From positions 1 to 53,235 of the IMG/VR virus record IMGVR_UViG_3300025083_000044: a stretch of 53,235 nucleotides of DNA; one strand, written 5' to 3'. The stretch comes from a virus (Duplodnaviria; Caudoviricetes). Each line of letters begins with the position of its first letter. The stretch's first letter is position 1. A program made the translations under genes and the position numbers. Below, piece by piece: positions 18,263 through 27,912 of this stretch. The notes below the pieces were generated by a model. It worked only from the letters and a program-made list of their open reading frames with translations, was not told the origin of the DNA and ran no database searches.

Positions 18263-19243
18263 ATGGCAACTTATGTAAATAATTTAAGACTCAAAGAAAT
18301 CGCTACAGGTGACGAAAGCGGAACTTGGGGTACTTCTACAAATACCAACTTAGAATTAATTGGTGAAGCTCTCGGTATAGGTACTGAAGCTATTACCACC
18401 AACGCAGATACTCATACAACTACAGTCGCAGATGGATCAGCAGATGCTGGTCGAGCCATGTATCTTAAATATACAGGCACGTTAGATTCAGCTTGTACGA
18501 TTACGATTGGTCCAAATACTATGAAGCGAGTTCAAATAATTGAAAACGCTACGAGTGGATCTCAAAATATTATTATTTCACAAGGCTCAGGAGCTAACGT
18601 AACTATTGCTGCTGGCAAGGTGGCTATAGTTCAATTAGACGGAGCAGGTGCGGGAGCAGCAGTTTTAGATGTGCTTACCGATTTACAACTTTCCGACAGT
18701 TTAACTTTAAATGGCCCAACGCTAACGATAGGTGATGCAACAGCCGAAGATACTAAAATAGTATTTGACGGTAATGCTCAAGACTACTATGTAGGACTTG
18801 ATGATAGTGCTGATGATTTGGTTATAGGTCTTGGTTCAGCAGTAGGTACAACTCCTGGTATTTCAATAGATGAAAACCAGTTTGTTACTATGCCTAAAAA
18901 AGTTACAGCTTCTACTTCAGCTAATATTAGCCAAGTAGCTATTACCTCAAGCTCTAATGCAGTAGCTTGGGACGCAAGAGCTGCCGCAAACGCATATCAT
19001 GTAACCACAGAAAATACGACTTTCTCAGCACCAACTAACGCTGTAGAAGGTGCGATTATTTCTGTAGAAATAGCTCAAGGTGGAACAGCAAGAACGATAG
19101 CGTTCAATACTGTGTTTGAATTTGCTTCCAGCACAGCTCCTACTATCACAGCTACCGCAAACAAAACAGATATACTAGCCTTTCGTTATAATGGCAGCGT
19201 TTGGCAAGAAATTGGTAGAGTTCAAAACCTAGCACAAACATAA
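18263..19243 (+). CDS. tail fibre protein (proximal)
   Basis: LKEIATGDESGTWGTSTNTNL anchor; C-terminal QGGTARTIAF...TDILAFRY domain. Confidence 0.7.
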   Translation: MATYVNNLRLKEIATGDESGTWGTSTNTNLELIGEALGIGTEAITTNADTHTTTVADGSADAGRAMYLKYTGTLDSACTITIGPNTMKRVQIIENATSGSQNIIISQGSGANVTIAAGKVAIVQLDGAGAGAAVLDVLTDLQLSDSLTLNGPTLTIGDATAEDTKIVFDGNAQDYYVGLDDSADDLVIGLGSAVGTTPGISIDENQFVTMPKKVTASTSANISQVAITSSSNAVAWDARAAANAYHVTTENTTFSAPTNAVEGAIISVEIAQGGTARTIAFNTVFEFASSTAPTITATANKTDILAFRYNGSVWQEIGRVQNLAQT

Positions 19244-19244
19244 T

Positions 19245-20675
19245 ATGGAAACGCTACAGCGTACAGCAAATAGAGGAAGCATATCTACTGGTCCTTATGA
19301 GATTGATAATTCTATAAAGCTAGAAGATTCTAATTTCGAGCATATCACTAAAAATTACAGTGGTGATGGTGATATGAAAACTTGGACATACAGCACCTGG
19401 GTAAAAAAAATGAAGTTTGGCTCAGACTTCGATTACATGTATATGTTTGCTGGTCAAAATACTTCTATACATTTTTTGAACAATGGTATTTTGAGAGTTG
19501 CATTATATAATGGTTCAAGCACTGTTTATGCTGACATTGATCGAGTTTTTAGGGATGGATCGGCTTGGTATCATATAATTGTTGTTTTAGATACAACACA
19601 AGGTACTGCGGCAGATAGAGTAAAAATATATATCAATGGGGTAAGACAAACAGAATTTGATAATTCTACATACACTAGCATGTCTCAAAATGAAGAATTC
19701 ACTATTGGTCAGGCATCTGCTAATTATCAAGTTGGTTATTTTTATGCAGGTGGTGGTTCTAATTATGGGTTTAGTGGCTACATGGCAGAAACACACTATG
19801 TTAATGGAACTGCATTAGATGAAACTTCTTTTGGTGAATTTGATAGTGATACTGGTATCTGGATTCCTAAAAGATATACAGGCTCACATGGAAGCAAAGG
19901 TTTTTATTTAAAATTTGATGATTCTTCTAATTTAGGCAAAGATTCAGCAAGTAGTGGTATAGGAGATTTTACTATATCAAATATTGCAGCTATAGACCAA
20001 GCGACAGATACACCAACCAACAATTTTTGCACCATTAACCCTTTGGTAGACAATGCTTTTGCAATATGGCATTTAACAGAAGGTGGTACAAGGGGACCGA
20101 ACACAGCAGAAGGTAATAAAGCTGTAGGCACTTTTGGTGTAAGTTCAGGCAAATGGTATTGGGAAGGTGTTACTACAGCCGCTTCAGGAACTAACTATTG
20201 GCAATGGGGAATAACTCGAATAGATATGCAACAAGGTTTAAGTCACGACCCAGGGCAAGGATCAGCGTGGTACTCAGCAGAAAATACTTTTCTTACTCAA
20301 ACAGGTGTAGGTGCTAGTGACCCTACTTATAATACAGGAATTACATCATATACTGTTGGAGACATTTGGAGCATTTCTTTAAACTGTGATGTTAATCCTT
20401 ATCAAATGACACTTAGATTCAATAATTCAGTAGCTGGAACTTCTGCTAACAATACCGACAGGTCGGTTGGTACTTTTGCAAGTGCAGATGCAGTAATGCC
20501 TTTCTATTTTTTATACAATATTGCTAGTGATGATACATGGCACAATTTTGGCAATCCATTTATAGCAACATTAAGTGGTGGAAATTCTGATGAAAATGGA
20601 TATGGAGATTTTAAATATGCACCCCCATCGGGCTACTACGCTTTGTGTTCAAAGAATTTAGCAGAATTTGGATAA
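19245..20675 (+). CDS. tail fibre/receptor-binding protein, concanavalin A/LamG + SPRY-like
   Basis: WTYSTWVK, FRDGSAWYHIIV, GFYLKF, DTPTNNFCT, SGKWYWE motifs. Confidence 0.8.
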   Translation: METLQRTANRGSISTGPYEIDNSIKLEDSNFEHITKNYSGDGDMKTWTYSTWVKKMKFGSDFDYMYMFAGQNTSIHFLNNGILRVALYNGSSTVYADIDRVFRDGSAWYHIIVVLDTTQGTAADRVKIYINGVRQTEFDNSTYTSMSQNEEFTIGQASANYQVGYFYAGGGSNYGFSGYMAETHYVNGTALDETSFGEFDSDTGIWIPKRYTGSHGSKGFYLKFDDSSNLGKDSASSGIGDFTISNIAAIDQATDTPTNNFCTINPLVDNAFAIWHLTEGGTRGPNTAEGNKAVGTFGVSSGKWYWEGVTTAASGTNYWQWGITRIDMQQGLSHDPGQGSAWYSAENTFLTQTGVGASDPTYNTGITSYTVGDIWSISLNCDVNPYQMTLRFNNSVAGTSANNTDRSVGTFASADAVMPFYFLYNIASDDTWHNFGNPFIATLSGGNSDENGYGDFKYAPPSGYYALCSKNLAEFG

Positions 20676-20681
20676 TTAATT

Positions 20682-21764
20682 ATGGCTTATACAACAATAG
20701 ATAAACCTGAAGATTTCTTTAACACGGTTACCTATACAGGAGATGGAAGTGCTGACCAAAGCATGACTGGTGTAGGATTTAAACCTGACTTTCTTTGGAT
20801 AAAAAGAAGAAATGCAAGTGAACGACATGTATTAACAAATGTTCAAATGGGTGTTTCTAGTGGTGCTTATAAATGGCTAGACTCTTCTGATAGTGAAGCG
20901 GCATTTAGTGGTGGAACTGGTGTTGAATCTTTTGATTCAGATGGTTTTACAATTAAAACTTCTGATTCTACTTGGAACGCTAGTGGTAGCACTTATGTTT
21001 TTTGGAGTTGGAAAGTAAATGGCGGTACAACTTCTTCAAATTCGGATGGAGATATAACCTCAACTGTACAAGCTAATACTACATCAGGGGTTAGTATTAT
21101 GAGTTACTCAGGTACAACTGGTGATGTTCATACTATAGGACATGGACTAGGAGTAACACCTGAAGTTTGGATTGTAAAATCAAGAAGTGATGGTGGAAGT
21201 TTTGATGATTGGTTCTTTTGGCATCACCGAATGGCGGCAAGTAATATTATTGACAACAGAGTAATGTATCTTAATTCAAATGACCCACTACAAACATACA
21301 CAGGTATTAATGCTGTTACGAGTAGCACCATAAGAGTAAAAAGTTCCACAACAGCACAAAATGGAGAAGATTACATAGCTTACGCCTTTGTAGGAAAAAA
21401 AGGCTACAGTAAGTTTGGCAGTTATGTCGGTAATGGCTCTGGAAACGGTCCGTTCGTCTATACAGGTTTTAAACCTGCTTTGGTTATTTTTAAAAGAGTT
21501 GGAGATCAAAGTTGGGATATGCACGATAATACAAGAGACCCCTTTAACCCAATGCCAAAAAGATTACTACCTAATCTTCAAGCCGCAGAAGAATCAAGAC
21601 CAACATCAGGAGGTAGTATAGATTGCATGGATTTTTTATCGAACGGATTTAAAATAAGGTCAATAGAAAGCATACTAAATACAAGTGGTGATACATACGT
21701 TTACATGGCATGGGCGGAAAATCCATTTGTGACTTCAACAGGGATTCCAACAACAGCTAGGTAA
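20682..21764 (+). CDS. tail fibre protein (repeated YTGNG/GFKP domains)
   Basis: YTGDG...GFKPDFLWIK; HGLGVTP; YVGNG...YTGFKPA. Confidence 0.75.
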   Translation: MAYTTIDKPEDFFNTVTYTGDGSADQSMTGVGFKPDFLWIKRRNASERHVLTNVQMGVSSGAYKWLDSSDSEAAFSGGTGVESFDSDGFTIKTSDSTWNASGSTYVFWSWKVNGGTTSSNSDGDITSTVQANTTSGVSIMSYSGTTGDVHTIGHGLGVTPEVWIVKSRSDGGSFDDWFFWHHRMAASNIIDNRVMYLNSNDPLQTYTGINAVTSSTIRVKSSTTAQNGEDYIAYAFVGKKGYSKFGSYVGNGSGNGPFVYTGFKPALVIFKRVGDQSWDMHDNTRDPFNPMPKRLLPNLQAAEESRPTSGGSIDCMDFLSNGFKIRSIESILNTSGDTYVYMAWAENPFVTSTGIPTTAR

Positions 21765-21792
21765 AAAAATTAATTTGAGGTAATATAGAATC

Positions 21793-22416
21793 ATGTGGGC
21801 ATCAATAGATACAGACAATAACGTAACCAAGGTTTATACAAGACCGACAGCCATTACTTATGGGGATGTAAATTATCCCTCAAACGTAATGTCTTCTTGG
21901 TCTAATTCTGAACTAGCAACGATAGGGGTTTATCCAGCTATAACTGACAATAGTAATTACGAAGACCCTGCTTACTATATTAATACTAACGAAACTTTTA
22001 CTTATTACGATAGCGTAAGCGTAGGTGGCACAACTTATACAAAAACAGTCGTAGGAGCTTACGGAACAGCAACACCTATGCCTTTAGGCGATACAACAAC
22101 AACCGATTCTGATGGTGAAACAATCACAACTCCAGGTTTAAAATCAAAAGCTATTTCAACTCAACAAACTGAAGCGTATAGCATTCTTCAACCTTCTGAT
22201 TGGTATGTAGTACGCAAGTCTGAAAACGGAACAGCTATACCTACGGATTGGGATGATTGGAGAGAGTCAATTAGAACGACTTATCAAAGCCAAGTAACGA
22301 TGATTAACGCTTGTACAACGGTTCCTCAGCTACAGGCTTTGTATGTGTATAACAATGCAACGCCGCCAGTTAGGCCGTTGCCTGTATTTCCACCTTCACC
22401 TGATCAAACTTCATAG
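21793..22416 (+). CDS. tail fibre assembly/chaperone-like protein
   Basis: LQPSDWYVVRK...WRESIR pattern after fibre genes. Confidence 0.6.
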   Translation: MWASIDTDNNVTKVYTRPTAITYGDVNYPSNVMSSWSNSELATIGVYPAITDNSNYEDPAYYINTNETFTYYDSVSVGGTTYTKTVVGAYGTATPMPLGDTTTTDSDGETITTPGLKSKAISTQQTEAYSILQPSDWYVVRKSENGTAIPTDWDDWRESIRTTYQSQVTMINACTTVPQLQALYVYNNATPPVRPLPVFPPSPDQTS

Positions 22417-22425
22417 GAGTAAAAT

Positions 22426-22554
22426 ATGGATATATTAATACCATTAGCAATTGTTCTTGTAGTTGCATGTTTAGCGGCCAAAAAATTTTCACCCAAACAT
22501 TGGGATATAGGCGTTTCTAATTTTAAAAAAATAATTTCTAAATTTAAGAAGTAA
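22426..22554 (+). CDS. 42-aa membrane protein (not in ORF track)
   Basis: MDILIPLAIVLVVACLAAKKF...; AGGAG RBS; one hydrophobic helix. Confidence 0.65.
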   Translation: MDILIPLAIVLVVACLAAKKFSPKHWDIGVSNFKKIISKFKK

Positions 22555-22555
22555 C

Positions 22556-22759
22556 ATGTCTTGGTTTAAAAAAGTATTACATTTTTTTACTCCTCTTAGT
22601 TCAGCAGAACTACCCAATCCTCTTAAAGAGAAAATGGAAACAGTTAGAGCCAGAAATAAAAAAGGCAGATATGTTGCTGACGATCCTAGCACTCTAGACG
22701 TAAACGAAGCTTATACAAAAGTTCCAAAAAAAAGAGGCCGACCTCGTAAGAAAAAATAA
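22556..22759 (+). CDS. small basic protein with AT-hook-like tail
   Basis: RARNKKGRYVADDPST...KKRGRPRKKK. Confidence 0.65.
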   Translation: MSWFKKVLHFFTPLSSAELPNPLKEKMETVRARNKKGRYVADDPSTLDVNEAYTKVPKKRGRPRKKK

Positions 22760-23202
22760 TGTATGAGTATAGTTGCCAGGTCACTAGGGTGGTTGATGGC
22801 GACACTATTGACGCTGATCTGGATCTCGGTTTTAATATTCATCATAAGTGTCGCGTACGTTTATACGGTATTGACACTCCCGAGTCGAGAACTCGCGACA
22901 AAGACGAAAAGGCTAGAGGTAAGATAGCTGCTAAGTTTTTACAAGACGCCATATCAAATGGCAAGCACGTCATCTTACAGACGCAATTAAAAGACTCTAA
23001 AGGTAAATTCGGTAGAGTTTTGGCATCAGTTATCGTAGATGGAATAGATATTAACCAGCAAATGATTGAAAAATATATGGCGGTTAAATATACAGGCCAA
23101 AGCAAGCAGGATATTAAATTAGAGCATATGAATAATAGAGCTAAATTAATTGAACTAGGAGTTTATAAGCCAAATGGACAAGGAGCAGCAACATCACGAT
23201 AA
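22759..23202 (+). CDS. thermonuclease (SNase-like)
   Basis: RVVDGDT...VRLYGIDTPE...GKFGRVLA...INQQMI. Confidence 0.9.
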   Translation: MYEYSCQVTRVVDGDTIDADLDLGFNIHHKCRVRLYGIDTPESRTRDKDEKARGKIAAKFLQDAISNGKHVILQTQLKDSKGKFGRVLASVIVDGIDINQQMIEKYMAVKYTGQSKQDIKLEHMNNRAKLIELGVYKPNGQGAATSR

Positions 23203-24280
23203 AATAATAGCTTGGTCGGCTATTGGGTTTTTAGTAACTTTAGTTATTGGTTTATCTGTAAATGTTAGCGCTCAGTCCTCTCAACAGTCTGGTACAGCTT
23301 GCGTCAACGGATCTCAGTATTGCGAAAACAATAGTTTGGATACAGTCAATACGACTACAACCACAAATACCAACACGAACACCAACACCAATCAAAACAC
23401 TAATACGAATACCAATACTAATTCTAATACCAACGTATCGACTAATACGAATAATTCGACTAATACAAATTCCAATACGAATGTTTCGACTAATTCAAAT
23501 ACAAATGTAAATACTTCGACCTCGAATAACACTAATACGAATAACAACGTCAATACTTCGACATCTAACTCAACGGTTAATTCAACCGTTAATCAAAATG
23601 TTAACAATACTAATAACTCGACTTCGACTAGCTCTAATACAAATCAAAACACCAATATTAATCAATCGACTTCAGATTCTAACGTCAAAACTGACAACAG
23701 AAACGTAAACGAAAATAATACTAAATCTGATAATACAAACCGAAATATTAACGAATCTAATTCTACTCAAACAATTAATCAAAACGTCAAGAGCAAGGCT
23801 CCTCCAGCGTCTGCAATAGCCCCAAGCATTATGTCCTATTCGCAAGATCTTTGTACTGTAGGCCGCTCTGGTGCGTTCCAGGGACAAGTATTTGGCTTCT
23901 CTACAGGAGCTACTGTTACTGACGAAAACTGCGAACGGTTAAAACTATCTAAGTATCTTTACGATACTGGTATGAAAGTAGCCAGCGTTAGTATTCTTTG
24001 CCAAGACGAAAGGGTGTTTAAAGCTATGGAAATGGCTGGTACTCCTTGTCCTTACAGAGGCAAAATAGGAGCAGAAGCAACTTTAGCTTGGGCTGAAAAT
24101 AAATCTAAAAGACCAGATGTTAAAGATCAAGAAAAGTTATTCATACAAAAATGTACACACGATTCAAACCCCAACAGAGAAAAAATAAATAAAGATGTTG
24201 TTGGCGCAGTTAAAGTTATATATACAAGAAAAACTAAAACCAACAAACAATGCCGAAACGAATTCTATGCTACGCAGTAG
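23174..24280 (+). CDS. secreted/membrane-anchored Asn/Thr-rich protein
   Basis: N-terminal hydrophobic helix, long N/T/S tract, Cys-containing APPASAIAPS...ENCERLK domain. Confidence 0.75.
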   Translation: MDKEQQHHDKIIAWSAIGFLVTLVIGLSVNVSAQSSQQSGTACVNGSQYCENNSLDTVNTTTTTNTNTNTNTNQNTNTNTNTNSNTNVSTNTNNSTNTNSNTNVSTNSNTNVNTSTSNNTNTNNNVNTSTSNSTVNSTVNQNVNNTNNSTSTSSNTNQNTNINQSTSDSNVKTDNRNVNENNTKSDNTNRNINESNSTQTINQNVKSKAPPASAIAPSIMSYSQDLCTVGRSGAFQGQVFGFSTGATVTDENCERLKLSKYLYDTGMKVASVSILCQDERVFKAMEMAGTPCPYRGKIGAEATLAWAENKSKRPDVKDQEKLFIQKCTHDSNPNREKINKDVVGAVKVIYTRKTKTNKQCRNEFYATQ

Positions 24281-26406
24281 CTAGTCTGCTATCCTTTAGT
24301 GTATATGGACAATACACTTATGAATCAGGACAAGACTTATATCACCTGCAAACAAACGCAAACAGCTTTGAAGGCGAGTTAGCTTACGAGGTAGTAGATG
24401 ATGGCATTTCTCCCGCAATTGATCTTTCTTTTAATTTTACTTTTTATGGCTCTACATTCAGCCAAGCGAGGATGGCTACTAATGGATGTCTCCATTTTGG
24501 CGCTAGTGGTAGCTACTGTAACGATTACACTCCTGACCCTATTAACGGACAGCACACCTACACTATATATGCTTTTTGGACTGACTTAATTAGGGATAAC
24601 AATTCTCGTATGAAGTCTTGGGGAGACTCAAGCAAAATGATATTTGGTTGGTATGATCTTAGAGAGTACAACAGAAGCAATACAGACAACAGCTTTGAGA
24701 TTATACTTTGGAACAACAACTCGTTTGATCTTCGTTATGGCCATCTAGATATTATTAATCATGATGTATTGATAGGAGAGGTAGGATCTAAAAAAGAAGA
24801 CTCATACACTTATTACTATCATGATGAATGCAGCACAGGTACAACCAACTCATCCTCTTGCGTCAATAAAAATTGGAATGCAACATCTATCAATACCACG
24901 CTAGAAAATGGTGGATCTTTATATGGCGCAGGTAGTGGCAACGGTATTGATTGCAGCAATCCTTTAAATGATTCTAGTTGTAGTGGTTATGCAGATGCTT
25001 TATTAACCCAACAATGTAATATAAGCTCTCTTTATAGTGAGTCATGTCCTAACTATTGGGACGCATACGATGACCAGCAATGTGATTTAGATCCTCAGTA
25101 TGGCCCTTTCTGCCCTGGATACAGACAACAAGAAGATGTAGGTTACTTTCAAGAAGATCAATTTGATTACGGTTATGAAGAAGAAGAGCAGTTTGGTTAT
25201 GAAGAAGAGCCTATATTTGAAGAGTTTGTATTTGAGTTTGATGAGCAGAACTTTGATGAACAAGAGTTTATGTTTGAAGAAGAAATAATCTTTGAAGAAA
25301 TGTTTCGTCAAGATGAGTTTGTAGATCCGTTTCCCTTAATACCAGATTTTGAAATGCCGCGTGAAGAAATATTTATCCCTGTAGAAGATTTAATTATTGA
25401 AGAGTTTATTTTTCAAGAAACATTTTTAGTAGAAGATTTTAGAGAGCCTGAAACTTTTATTGAACTAGAGACTATCGAAGAATTAGAAGAATGGTTTGAA
25501 GAAGAAACCAGAAGAGAAGAAGAGATTGCAGTATTAGAAGACCCAGAGGAAGAGTTTATAGAAGAAATTTTTGAAGAAGAAGCCGTTGAGGAGGTTTTTG
25601 AAGCTATAGAAGAAAGATTGGCTGAAGCTGAAATAGAAGAAGAAAGAATAGAAAGAGAAGAGACTATAGAAGAAGATGTATTTGAAGAAGAGTTCCAAGT
25701 TGCTGAAAGAGAAAATGTAAAAGGTGAAAGCTCAATTAGCAGAGAGGTTGCTCTTAGGGTGGTTGCATCTACAATAAGAACCGCAAATCAGAGTGTTAGC
25801 GGTACTAACGCTGGCAATTCTATACATGCTACAGGCAATAGCGTAGCTGCTGGAAATGCCGTAAGTAACTCATCTACCGCTGGTTTTAGTACCAGTAGTT
25901 CACCTAGCATGTCAGATCAGTTTGCATCATCTACAGCTCAAACCAATCAAGTTCTTGATATGAGCAGTATGTCTATATCAAATTCTTCTTTTGGTTCAAC
26001 AGCAGAAACAGAAACGGTAACAGCAGAGGTAGCAGTTGCTAACGTAACAACAGAAAAAACGCAAGATCAGATAGATACGTCTATTGCATCTGTTGATTCT
26101 GATTCAGAAACTACCGTTGAAAATATTATTGCTCAAAACCTACAAACAGCTCAAGAGCAAGTTGCGGCCCAACAAGAAGAAACTGGAGAATATGGCTCAG
26201 AAAACGCTATTATAGAGGTTATGGGCTTTTTGCCAGGTTTTAATAGTTACAGAGCAGTAAACATACCCGAAAAAGAATTTTGGTATGAACCAAAAAGCAT
26301 TTATACTAATAGCAACCTTTCAGATAATACTGCGGCTTTTTATGGGCTAGCAGGACAGAGTATAAAAACTTTGACTGAATTAAAACAAATGCAGCCAACT
26401 CTTTAG
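24250..26406 (+). CDS. secreted protein: nidogen-like domain, Cys-rich repeats, Glu-rich tract
   Basis: signal-like N-terminus; DLSFNFTFYG...TNGCLHF...FWTDL; CSNPLNDSSC-type repeats; EEE-rich region. Confidence 0.7.
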   Translation: MPKRILCYAVASLLSFSVYGQYTYESGQDLYHLQTNANSFEGELAYEVVDDGISPAIDLSFNFTFYGSTFSQARMATNGCLHFGASGSYCNDYTPDPINGQHTYTIYAFWTDLIRDNNSRMKSWGDSSKMIFGWYDLREYNRSNTDNSFEIILWNNNSFDLRYGHLDIINHDVLIGEVGSKKEDSYTYYYHDECSTGTTNSSSCVNKNWNATSINTTLENGGSLYGAGSGNGIDCSNPLNDSSCSGYADALLTQQCNISSLYSESCPNYWDAYDDQQCDLDPQYGPFCPGYRQQEDVGYFQEDQFDYGYEEEEQFGYEEEPIFEEFVFEFDEQNFDEQEFMFEEEIIFEEMFRQDEFVDPFPLIPDFEMPREEIFIPVEDLIIEEFIFQETFLVEDFREPETFIELETIEELEEWFEEETRREEEIAVLEDPEEEFIEEIFEEEAVEEVFEAIEERLAEAEIEEERIEREETIEEDVFEEEFQVAERENVKGESSISREVALRVVASTIRTANQSVSGTNAGNSIHATGNSVAAGNAVSNSSTAGFSTSSSPSMSDQFASSTAQTNQVLDMSSMSISNSSFGSTAETETVTAEVAVANVTTEKTQDQIDTSIASVDSDSETTVENIIAQNLQTAQEQVAAQQEETGEYGSENAIIEVMGFLPGFNSYRAVNIPEKEFWYEPKSIYTNSNLSDNTAAFYGLAGQSIKTLTELKQMQPTL

Positions 26407-26415
26407 GAGGTTTAA

Positions 26416-26769
26416 ATGAATTGGTTTGAAAATAAAACAACGCAACTCATAGCTCTTGTTGGTATTGTTACAACACTTGCTGGCTTTGGCTATCAAGGCG
26501 CTCAGTATGTTAACAGATTAGATAACCTAGAAGCTCAAATAGGCGGTATAGGTGATACCGAACAAAAACAAAAAGTTATTGAGGAAAGATTTGCAGGTAT
26601 AGAAAAGTCTGTACAGTATTTAGAAAAACAAATAGACGGCATTTCTGTTCCAGATGTTACTGAAATAAAAACAGATATAGCTACAATTAAAGCTGACATT
26701 CAATCTTTAAACAAAGAAGTAGATAAGATAGAAGCAAAGATGAATGATAAAAATCCATTAGCGGGGTAA
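26416..26769 (+). CDS. membrane-anchored coiled-coil protein
   Basis: N-terminal TM followed by heptad repeats; AGGAGG RBS. Confidence 0.7.
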   Translation: MNWFENKTTQLIALVGIVTTLAGFGYQGAQYVNRLDNLEAQIGGIGDTEQKQKVIEERFAGIEKSVQYLEKQIDGISVPDVTEIKTDIATIKADIQSLNKEVDKIEAKMNDKNPLAG

Positions 26770-26771
26770 TT

Positions 26772-27260
26772 ATGAAATTTGGTTTAATTAAAAATGTAGT
26801 AGGAGCGCTTGCTCCAACTTTAGGATCTGCATTAGGCGGGCCGTTAGGTGGCCAAGCAGCGTCCGTTATTGCTGGTGTACTTGGCTGTCAATCAGATCCA
26901 AAGTCTATTAATAAAGCTATACAAGAGGCTACTCCAGAACAAATGTTAGAGCTTAAAAAAGCTGAACAAGGTTTTGAGCTTCAGATGAAAGAGCTAGATG
27001 TAGATATATTTAAATTAGAAACAGTAGAAAAACAAGACGCTAGAAAAACTTTTAACAAAGATTGGACAGCTAGAATTATGGGTATTGCTGTTGTTGGTGG
27101 ATTTATGGGCTATATATTTTTAGTAACTTTACAACCGCCAGAGCAAAATTCTGAAGCTTTAATTAATTTAGTGTTAGGATATTTAGGTGGGTTGGCATCA
27201 GCAGTTATATCGTTTTACTTTGGAGCATCCAATACGGGTGATAAAAAAGATGGCGAATAG
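26772..27260 (+). CDS. holin-like protein
   Basis: APTLGSALGGPLGG; C-terminal TM helices ending VISFYFG; near lysozyme. Confidence 0.7.
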   Translation: MKFGLIKNVVGALAPTLGSALGGPLGGQAASVIAGVLGCQSDPKSINKAIQEATPEQMLELKKAEQGFELQMKELDVDIFKLETVEKQDARKTFNKDWTARIMGIAVVGGFMGYIFLVTLQPPEQNSEALINLVLGYLGGLASAVISFYFGASNTGDKKDGE

Positions 27261-27465
27261 AACTACAGTTCAATCTGTTGCATCAGACTTAAAATCGCAC
27301 GAAGCGAAATGTGAGGAAAGATGGAAAACCATATTCAAAGAAACAGCAGAGATAAAGCAAGAAATGAACGATTTAAACAAAACCCTAAGAATAGCAATGT
27401 TTGGGACTTTTGGTTTTATAGGAACTTTATTCATCGCTTTTGTAACAATCGTATTTGGAAACTAA
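27250..27465 (+). CDS. small membrane protein (start refined to ATG 27250)
   Basis: SHEAKCEERW coiled coil plus C-terminal TM helix. Confidence 0.65.
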   Translation: MANRTTVQSVASDLKSHEAKCEERWKTIFKETAEIKQEMNDLNKTLRIAMFGTFGFIGTLFIAFVTIVFGN

Positions 27466-27911
27466 TGCACACTTCAGACAAAGGCTTTGAGCTTATAAAA
27501 AAATTTGAAGGCTGTGAGCTTGAGGCTTACCAATGTGCTGCAGGTGTTTGGACTATAGGATATGGCCATACTAAAGATGTACAAGAAGGTGATAAGTGGA
27601 CCGAAGAAAAAGCAGACTTTATGTTATGGCGTGAGCTTGATGATGAGTATGAACATTATGTTAACTCATTGGTAACTGCCCCAATGAATCAATCCCAATT
27701 TGATTCTTTGGTTTCTTGGACATACAACTTAGGACCAAATAATTTAAAAAAATCTAGCATGCTTAGAGTTTTAAATGAGGGTAAATACGACGAAGTTCCC
27801 GCGCAAATGAAAAGATGGAATAAGGCAAAAGGCAAAGTTTTAGCTGGTCTTACAAGAAGAAGAGAAGCTGAGGCTTTGATGTTTGAGGGTAAAAGCTGGG
27901 AACACATATAA
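27465..27911 (+). CDS. endolysin, GH24 lysozyme (start refined to ATG 27465)
   Basis: IKKFEGC...AYQCAAGVWTIGYGHT...GLTRRREAE. Confidence 0.93.
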   Translation: MHTSDKGFELIKKFEGCELEAYQCAAGVWTIGYGHTKDVQEGDKWTEEKADFMLWRELDDEYEHYVNSLVTAPMNQSQFDSLVSWTYNLGPNNLKKSSMLRVLNEGKYDEVPAQMKRWNKAKGKVLAGLTRRREAEALMFEGKSWEHI

Positions 27912-27912
27912 A

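Noticed and set aside
23340-23780. AATAC/AACAC-rich stretch as a DNA repeat array or DGR template
   Set aside because: Explained by Asn/Thr codons with varied third positions; no reverse transcriptase or second copy seen.
27321-27464. N-terminal extension of the lysozyme in the ORF track
   Set aside because: Overlaps the upstream membrane gene; TAATG coupling at 27463-27467 gives a typical-size lysozyme.
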